From positions 81,220,001 to 81,284,000 of the forward strand of contig OZ260663.1 of NCBI GenBank assembly GCA_965285935.1: DNA of 64,000 nucleotides, in the 5' to 3' direction. The stretch comes from Ophelia neglecta. Lineage: Eukaryota. Under the pieces are notes generated by a model. That model was not told the DNA's origin and did not search any database. It saw nothing but the letters and a program-made list of their open reading frames with translations. The position numbers and the translations under genes were made by a program. Numbering within the stretch: position 1 is the stretch's first letter; every line of letters starts with the position of its first letter. Positions 57,001 to 64,000 of the stretch are shown here, piece after piece.

Positions 57001-60000
57001 GGCAAATTTGTCGGGAGAAAACTGATGTTTTACACGGGGGCCCTGGGCTTTGTGTCCATAGAGGGACCCCCCAGGTGCCCGGTACACACCCAAACCAATT
57101 TTGTTAATCTATCGGCCTCGTCGGCTGCCAGAATAAAACATTGTATTGACAATACACTCTGTTGTTTACGCCAAACGGAAACTAGAAACTTCTGTGTCAG
57201 AAACTTTTGTTCTTGACTTGTCATAACACATGCATATATATGATTTTGTGCTTGAAAGTATGCAAAACAAAACTTAAACTTGATTTCCCTGAGCAACCTT
57301 CGTTGTTATGGCTGCACCACGCAAACAGATAATGCCAGATGCGGAAAATGGATAATTAATGACTCTGTTAAACTTGATCATTAAATTCGCTAACTTTACA
57401 TTTTTTATACATAACTGATCACCTGTATTAAACGTAGGAAAAACAATGGGAGATGAAGTCATTAATTTTGATAAATTTTTATATTATTATTATTTTAAGA
57501 TGTGGCCTGTTCTCATAAATGTAGTATTCTTTTTGATCAGGCCAAACAGCCACTACCATGAAATAAAATGGCGCCTTGCTAAAATCAATTTTGTCAAATA
57601 TTTTGAAAAAAGTAAGGAAATGCAGGCATAATAATCAAATTAAGAACCTTAATTTCTTTCCCCATTTGTGGAAAGATAACTCAAATTTGAGAGGTATAGC
57701 CAAAATAGTTTAGGCCTGTAGGTGGAGGACAGGGCCTAACATTTGCCTAGGCTTGCCACGGCCTTGTCGTCTCAAGCTGTCAAAACTTGTGGTTTTCTTA
57801 CACTAGCTGCTAATCTGGGACAAGACAACCAAGTGTAGCCACTAAAAAGAAACTGGAGAGGTAAATGAATAGTCAGCCAACTGTAAAATAGTACGATGCA
57901 CACTTCAAAATAAGTGATTAGGCAATGGTTGGTTGCCATCAAGTAATTGTGTAACAACTGTGGTGGGACCACATACAAATTCAGATATGTTTACAAGACT
58001 GTTAGCAATACATCTCTCATGGTGTGTAACAAAACATAGCATGTTGGCGGAAAAAACCTGGTTTTGAATGATTCACGCTATATTTTATCGGTGTCTTTTG
58101 CCATATTATAACTTAGTTTTGTGGTTTAGTCATTTCCTAAACATTCTCTATGTGTCTATGCGTCTATACTTGCTCATGGCACATAAGTTCTATGCACAAT
58201 ATGTAGTTTGTCAGTTGGGAGTTTTATGAGATTTCCTGTGAGTATATCCCGAGCAGGGCCGTCGAACGATGATGCACAAGTTTGCCACACACATCCTGCC
58301 CGTTTACTCGTCGCAAACAACAAACAAGAACAACTGTTTTCTACTAATTTTACAAAATACCAAGTATCACAAGTATCACAACACAGATTAACAATCAAGT
58401 TGCCTGTAGATCAGACTCGGTTTAAACTGAAGACATTACACACCTTTAGCATGAGAAGGAAGTTAGTTTTAAACACCTCTGCCTTTTGCTTATTTCTAAA
58501 ACTGCAAGGAAGCGTAGCATGGAAAAAATGTTGGTCGTATAATTTTCTATGGTTTAAAATTGTATGTTGTTGATTTGACTTGGTGCCATTTAAAAAGGCA
58601 GAGCTCTCCACAAATGACCCACTGTTTATTTTTCTATAATAAATGACAAATTTTTAGGATTTATGTGAGAGTATTAGCACAACTTCTGCCAGAGTTTGTT
58701 AGGCCAGGGGCCAGGAACTGCTTGTTACCAATCTAGTGTACATGCTGTCTCTCCTATCTGTGGTCCCATCTTGCCTTTTTGACAAAAACCAGTGAAGGTA
58801 TGCATTATTGTCAGTAATAGGACAGGGTGTCAAACATGCTGCAGTCACTTAGCCCAAAATGAGGGGCATGCTGGACTGAAAAAGACAAATTATGGGGTGT
58901 AAAAATCAGACACATCAGCTACTGAATTGGAGAAGCCATAATTATTGGTTTGTCATTGTGTATTAGATTTTCGCCTGGGGTGGTGTCCTATTGTTGTCTT
59001 ACCACACCTGGGTATTAGGTAGGAGTTCACCACCAGGTTCTACCTGACAAACACACCCCTCTCAGGCATAGCTCGGCGCTGCCGTATTCATTTCACCGGT
59101 GATTACTGCGTTAAGGAGCTTTTTGTGTGTTCATTATCAGTAGGGCATTAATTCACATATGTGTTATTATGTCTTTCACAATGAAATTAGCAATCCCTTT
59201 ATTTAGATTTATTGCAGCAGATGGAGGCATACCCAATTAAGGGTCCCACTTTTTCCTGGATTTTTTCGCCAGGTTTTTTTCATTTTCACTCCTTGTTATT
59301 CTTCTTTTGTGGTCGTTAGATTCTTGATGAATTGCTACCCTCAGCAACCAGTGTGACCTAAACACTGTTTTTGCTGTACTCATTATTTAGCTATTCATCA
59401 CAGCAATAAAGAAGGTAAAATTAGCCTGATAGGGTAACCCTCCCACACTTGTCACCTCCATTATCATTCGCCACCACCAGGGAATTATTTGAAAATTAGC
59501 CAGAAGTTAAAGAACCTGACAGTGTATTTGCCAACAAATTTGACAGCTTTCTGAGTATTTGTAGCAACCCAGTCAAAGGGAATAAGCAAATTCAGGGACC
59601 CAGTCTAATTGACAGCTTGACACATCGACAAACGAATTAGGTCTAATTTGAATATTTTTTGATAAAGTTAAGATAGTCAATGTGCAGCAACTTCTGAAAG
59701 TCAGATTGGATGACAGACCTTGAAGGTGTCAAGTGCTATATTGGAAGAAAACGCATTCAGGTGCCCAGGCTTTGGCACCCTATCAATCAAGTTTGAAATT
59801 TTCAAAGGTCGCCTTTTTCACCGATTATCCAGCTACACATGAATTCGTTTAGAGATGCTTCTGATTAAAGTCAACAATTTCTTCTTACAGCTGTCTGCCA
59901 CTTAACAAGTTACCTGGCTACTGTTTAAAACCAAAACCAAGGCAAAATTACACCCAAGCAGCCAATCGCACGAGAAAAAATGTTAAGGGGCCGAACAGAC

Positions 60001-62519
60001 AGTTTAGAAATGATTCATTACTATTCAAAGCTTATTATGTTTTCTCCCAGATACAAATTGGTTTAAAGAATAAGTTGCTATGAGGTAACCAGGCCAGTTT
60101 CTTTCATCCGTAGGTGATATATTTGATTGGAGAATGTTAACATTTGTGGTTGCATTTTGTCCATCTGTTCAATGATCATAACCTTAATCAGGTTTGATTG
60201 AAATTCTAATCAGAATAAATGGCATTTTGATAACTGAATCATGCCAGTATTTTCTTTTTTGTTATATCTTCGGTTGTATTTAAATAATTGTTTTACCTTA
60301 ATATGAAATTTTAGCCAGAAAGCTTATAAAAATATTAGTTTTTTATTCCTGTTACTTTGGCAGCAATTGACTTTATTGTGATTGCGAGGTTGTTAAGCTG
60401 GTTTATCCAATAACTTATTGCAAGTTGCAAAAAGTGTCACCAGACAACAATATTATTACTGCGAGCATCTGTCTAGCATTACCAGTCTGACAAGGGTAGT
60501 CTTACTTTTTTCCCTGATTCCAACCACAAACAGTTTGCCTGCAACTATTGGAAAGATGTGGCTATTAGTTTGTCACCGAGAAAGACAAATGTTGTTGGGA
60601 CTCGGTTTAGAAGCTCGGATAGGGTAAACCCTAGGGGCATAGTGTCAAAAAGGCTTCCCCTCGGAGGGCCGCCAAACGGCATTGCAGTGCTGTGTTTTAA
60701 TTGAGTTGGACGGTGGTGGATGGCTACATTGTTTTTCACTTAGGTGTACACGGTTCCTATCAACACATTTGTGCACCGCCTGTTGTTTTTCTGTGAGTGA
60801 GAGCATTACGGTAGGAAATGGCGAAGCATCTGCCCTGAGTTGGCCTGTCAGTCATGGCATGTCAAAACATTAGTTACACACAAAAGCCATTACAGGGGAA
60901 TAGTCCTGCAGATGTATTGCCAGCTCCTTGTCAGCTGCAAAATGGCACAATGCCTCGCCATTGACACTACATAGATTGGCTTAATTGTAAGGAAATGAAG
61001 TGATTTTGTCTGCTGGTGGCTCTGAATTCATATTGCGAGATCTCTTCCTGATGTCTCCACTTTTCCTTCACCTGCAGACAATGGCTAGCAGGGTTCCCAA
61101 TAAAACTAGCTTGTATTGGAATTCTCTCCCATTCTCTGCTGCATCATGGGAAGTTTGTGAGAAAAGAAGTAATCTGTGATCAAATAAACTAGCTTAGACA
61201 TAAAAATAGAGCAGTTTCCATGGCAATCAGAAGTCAAAGCCTTGTTTTCCCTCCCAATTTTTTTCAGAATCAAAATGGGGGTGTTATGTAACCAGTTTCT
61301 AGGCAGGCTTAGACCAAGCCTTCTGCCACTTGTGTTTACACGTCTGCTCTGCCCCCATATGTCATTCCTGTGGAACCCTTGATAAAAGACCACTAAAAAA
61401 TGATCAAAATTGTGAAATAGGGTTTGCCATACATGCCATGTGTTTAGACCTCTGCTGAAAAGCCACTGCTCTTATGAGACCATTTATTTGGTGGTCTCTC
61501 TTGAGGGGTCCCACACTGTAGTGATAACTGACAGGGAGCTTGACCTACATGTTCAGGGTCAGATTTGTAATAATTATATATGTACTGAATTCTGCCTTAT
61601 TAATTTAGCAGCTGGAGGCTAGCAGTGTAACAGTAGCGTATAGATATGATTCCCATCTGACCTTACTTTTGACCTTGACCTACATTTTAATGGTTGAATC
61701 TCTAAATGATTACTTCTCTTGTTAATAGAAGCAAGAAATTCTTCATTTATGGGGTTGTTATTGTTGTTGTTTGGGGTTTTACGTTGCTTTCAACACTTAT
61801 CTGGTCATATCGCCATGGTGACTACTAGTGACAGTGGACTCAATGCCCTCTTTAGAGTGCTGCTTCACTAGAGTACCTGCCATAGACACCAGACAGGGAC
61901 CCCACCCAGTCACATTATACTGACACCGGGTTGATCAGTCTTCAGTCATTGGGAGCATATAGGAATCCATGTGCTGTGCATATTGTGGTGGTCTCAGAGT
62001 TGATCAGGACCTATCTTTAGTTTAGTGACCTTAGGTCTGACCTTGTTGGTAAAAATTCATTGGGTAAGGCACTGGTGACCTTAGGTCTGACCTTGTTGCC
62101 TAGAAAAACATTGGGTAGGGCAGTGTTGACCTTTGATCTGACCTTGTTTGACAGTGTTTACTATCACCTTCTACATGTTTGACCTTTTTTTCCAGAGTCA
62201 ATCAATGGGGTCCTTTCTCTTTTTCATTGTGGGGACAGGCACATTCATTTTTCTTCTTAGAATTGAATGAATTGAATCTACTCTAATCTAGGTTTTTTTT
62301 ATTGTAAAAACACAATTCCCCCTTTTGGGCATTGTCCTAATACGTAAAAAAAAACTTGTAAACCAAAGTTTTGTTCTAATGTCATTGATTTGTTAACAAA
62401 TTGACCTTTTTTCTGTTGCTAGTAATATTTTCCTGTCCTGTTTCAGGGTTATACACCACTACACTTGGCAGCAATGCAAGGTCATGAGGATGTGATTGAG
62501 ATCCTGGTCAATGCCTACA
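14953..62519 (+). CDS. sowah: Sowah (sosondowah) ankyrin-repeat protein, 5'-partial gene (13 exons in window including 5 microexons; continues past window end)
   Basis: N-terminal SOWAH motif (VRDFIISRGGKISNHHLVTHFKTFL...RQKFKTYVNTLSTVK...GEKLLVLKKKY), acidic/Pro linker, then LDETERQWM...[19 protein letters not shown]...[21 protein letters not shown] ankyrin repeats. All junctions are GT-AG and in frame. Adjacent to Irx, as is known for Sowah. Confidence 0.93.
15925..16010 (+). mobile_element. degenerate 5' fragment of a tRNA-derived SINE
   Basis: B-box-like gggttagaatccc followed by tcaaaccaaagac...ttcccctgccaggc, resembling marine-invertebrate SINE heads (recalled, not searched). Confidence 0.4.
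17320..17381 (+). CDS. sowah: sowah exon 2 (DTNRQKFKTYVNTLSTVKLDT)
   Basis: poly-T cag|AT acceptor, ACG|gtatgt donor, phase 1-0. Matches the family R..FK..VN....VK motif. Confidence 0.92.
17612..18358 (+). CDS. sowah: sowah exon 3 (SGEKLLVLKKKY plus acidic Pro/Glu-rich linker)
   Basis: cttcattcag|AGT acceptor, CCG|gtgagt donor, 747 nt, within ORF 17624..18448. Confidence 0.92.
20550..20731. mobile_element. MITE, Tc1/mariner-pogo-like, TA-flanked
   Basis: Imperfect TIRs tacagttgtccctgtgatg versus revcomp tagagtggtccctgcgatg, with internal gatgaagggacac-type subrepeats. Confidence 0.7.
20932..21042 (+). CDS. sowah: sowah exon 4 (VPSGAKQVVPVSVKDRAKHLNKITSESDLSASMIGKK)
   Basis: ttttttccag|GTT acceptor, AAG|gtattg donor, 111 nt, phase 0-0. 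Confidence 0.85.
21397..21510. repeat. 35-bp tandem repeat, about 3 copies
   Basis: actgagtctttctcagtgctcattcactaccaaga and variants. Confidence 0.85.
22137..22349 (+). CDS. sowah: candidate alternative (cassette or alternative first) sowah exon, 71 codons
   Basis: actaatcag|GAA...AAG|gtaatc, open and phase 0-0, coding-like composition in an AT-rich intron, but a weak polypyrimidine tract. Confidence 0.5.
24432..24488 (+). CDS. sowah: sowah exon 5 (PSPSKDDDDNHSQSSVAIT)
   Basis: ttttttcag|CCA acceptor, ACT|gtaagt donor, 57 nt, phase 0-0. Confidence 0.87.
24741..24842 (+). CDS. sowah: sowah exon 6 (LDETERQWMLISAAADYQPMAKLLLTHPHLIKRK)
   Basis: tttcttccag|CTG acceptor, AAG|gtgtga donor. Matches the SOWAH pre-ankyrin L...E..W motif. 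Confidence 0.92.
25749..25760 (+). CDS. sowah: sowah 12-nt microexon (DFMS)
   Basis: caacag|GATTTCATGTCG|gtaagt supplies the family motif DFMS. Confidence 0.92.
26683..26685 (+). CDS. sowah: sowah 3-nt microexon GGG (Gly)
   Basis: aatgaag|GGG|gtaagt after about 125 nt of AG-free pyrimidine/TGC-rich sequence. Supplies G of [10 protein letters not shown]. Confidence 0.85.
28491..28493 (+). CDS. sowah: sowah 3-nt microexon TTT (Phe)
   Basis: cctacag|TTT|gtaagt after about 120 nt AG-free with TGTGCY repeats and a CCTAAC branch-like site. Supplies F. Confidence 0.87.
30097..30232. repeat. local duplication, period 74 bp
   Basis: atccatttgttgaatggt(c/a)atagataggaataaactgtat occurs twice. Confidence 0.85.
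37500..38105. repeat. G-rich degenerate tandem array ending in two near-identical 97-bp units
   Basis: atcagccccctccaccaggtagagtggtggtctacc... at 37909 and 38006, related partial units at about 37691 and 37813, interspersed poly-G. Confidence 0.85.
38922..39102. mobile_element. MITE, Tc1/mariner-pogo-like, TA-flanked
   Basis: TIRs TA-CAGAGAAACCTG ... CAGGTTTCACTG-TA, internal repeated (G)ACCACCT. Confidence 0.8.
46619..46708 (+). CDS. sowah: sowah ankyrin exon ([30 protein letters not shown])
   Basis: tttttcag|ACT acceptor, TCG|gtgagt donor, 90 nt, classic ankyrin helices. Confidence 0.95.
51612..51614 (+). CDS. sowah: sowah 3-nt microexon CAT (His)
   Basis: poly-T...tgtgcctgacag|CAT|gtgagt supplies H of [10 protein letters not shown]. 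Confidence 0.87.
52479..52481 (+). CDS. sowah: sowah 3-nt microexon GGG (Gly)
   Basis: ttgccttag|GGG|gtaagt after about 70 nt AG-free with TGC motifs. Supplies the first G of HGGY. Confidence 0.85.
61367..61520. mobile_element. degenerate MITE of a related GACCAC-subrepeat family
   Basis: tgtggaacccttgataaaagaccac ... gtggtctctcttgaggggtcccacactgta imperfect inverted ends. Confidence 0.5.
61760..61940 (-). mobile_element. 5'-truncated SINE with conserved central domain (Meta/RUDI-like)
   Basis: Minus strand reads ccggtgtcagtataatgtgactgggtgg...agtgaagcagcactctaaa...gatatgaccagataagtgttgaaagcaacgtaaaacccc then a (CAA)n tail. Family assignment is from memory. Confidence 0.6.
62025..62150. repeat. 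51-bp tandem repeat, about 2.5 copies, TGACCT-rich
   Basis: gtgaccttaggtctgaccttgttg... repeated. Confidence 0.85.
62447..62519 (+). CDS. sowah: sowah ankyrin exon ([24 protein letters not shown])
   Basis: cctgtttcag|GGT acceptor, A|gtgagt donor phase 1, canonical GxTPLHLAA ankyrin consensus. Confidence 0.95.
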
Positions 62520-64000
62520 GTGAGTATTAACTGACAGTCTATACTCTAATAATCCTCTCCATGGCTCCTCTGTTTGCCAAAATATTGTGATTCAATGCCG
62601 AATTTCCCGTCGGAGCTGGGGTCAATATGGAAATAGGTTATGATTAAAAAGACAGGATTTGGAGATATCAATTTAATTTGGACAACAGATGTCTTTATCG
62701 GGCAAGCGTCCAGAGAAATACATGCCTTCTTTATTAGCTCCAGTCTGGAAATGTGAAGATGTTATGGGCTTCTACGACCCACAATGCATCACCTGCGACG
62801 GAGGGCAACTGCCGGCCATCATTTTCTTCTAGAAGCCATGGCCACAGCCAATCAAGCTAGTATCACTTATCCACTATTGTCAGTTGGCTGTCACCTCGGA
62901 TCCGTTACCGGGTTATTTATTATGCGATGAGTTCATTTCGCCGAGCTAATATTTTTGAAGGGCATCAGTGTTTGAAGTCTGCCCCCTTGCTCGGTTGCCT
63001 CTGACAAATCACCGCTGAGCATTATAGAATCACCCCGGCACATTAAAGATTGGAGCGATGTCATAACACTCGGAGAGCACAGGTCTAATCAGAACCGCTG
63101 CCCGCCGCATATGGTTCGCCCCCCTGTGACAATAAATTCACACCCGGAATGCCACATTTGAGCGCGGCCCGACTGCCAATAACAGGAATATTAGGCCAGT
63201 GTAAATCATTGGCGGTCAGAGTGTGACAGCCGGGGACCCCCGGAGCCTCCAGAGGCCCCTGACTGTCACTCAAACCGCCGCCGACTAAGTAGTGTGGCCT
63301 AAGAATACTGCTTACAGGGCCCCTGACCACGCTGTCTAATACCAGTGTCAGGGCCCCACCAGACCCTGAGCAATCAGGAAAGCCGGCCCAAGCACACTCC
63401 ACCAATGATTGACTACATCCTTTGATATTGTGAAAGAATGTCAGGCTCTGGTTTGACTCACACCGGCTTATTTCTACTCATATCTGGCTGAAATCAAATC
63501 GGCTATAACTTTTGCCATTGCCCATATCTCCATCATCCATTACAATCAAAATAATAGAAGAACCTACCATACAAATGTACTTCAGGCTAACCCTGTCGGA
63601 GGTTTATTACCATGTTAACCGTTTGTAGTCAAACGCCGGATTTCTTTAGGATAACTGATCAACCAGCTCGGCTGTGTTGTTGATATTCTCGCTAAAACCA
63701 CCGCAGCTGGTGTGTACTAGACAAGAGAAATAAATGTATGATGCAGGTTATAAATAACAGAACTCTTCAGTAAATACTGTTCTCTTTGACAATCTGTAAG
63801 AAGCTAATATTATAGCTAGGAAGCCAGGGGGGCACAGGGGCTGATTTGAGGACGGGAAGCTCAGGTTCAGAGCCCATCCTTTTCTTGCTCCATCTTGCTT
63901 CAGAAGGCACTTCATGGGTGTGAGACAAGTGTCCCCTCCCAGAGGTGGGTCAGCAAGCTAACCCATCGCTAGGAGGGGACACCTATCTAACCCACCCGTC

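Noticed and set aside
63875-63925. Acceptor-like site as the next sowah exon
   Set aside because: Translation (KGTSW...) does not continue the ankyrin pattern; the next exon probably lies beyond the window.

Overview
Intron-rich animal DNA, most likely from an invertebrate bilaterian (the repeats look lophotrochozoan-like; species not determinable). The window holds two head-to-head genes. (1) A complete five-exon Iroquois (Irx) TALE-homeobox gene on the minus strand: CDS 7586-7524, 7031-6738, 5038-4932, 4534-4140, 2342-1831, giving 456 aa with homeodomain and IRO box. (2) The 5' part of a Sowah (sosondowah) ankyrin-repeat gene on the plus strand, from ATG 14953 to beyond the window end. This matches the known Iroquois-Sowah genomic regulatory block. 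The most striking feature is invisible in the ORF track. The two Sowah ankyrin beta-hairpins can only be assembled through five microexons: one of 12 nt (GATTTCATGTCG, DFMS) and four of 3 nt (GGG=G, TTT=F, CAT=H, GGG=G). Each has AG/GTRAGT splice sites, a long upstream AG-free zone and TGTGCY motifs. Splicing them gives ...KRK|[16 protein letters not shown]...[15 protein letters not shown]..., matching the SOWAH family consensus. Also present: a CpG-rich 50-bp minisatellite and a (GA)n/poly-G tract between the two promoters, a housekeeping-type sowah promoter, a candidate cassette exon, TA-flanked MITEs, SINE fragments and long introns that are candidate Irx enhancer territory. Nearly all other ORFs in the track are spurious.
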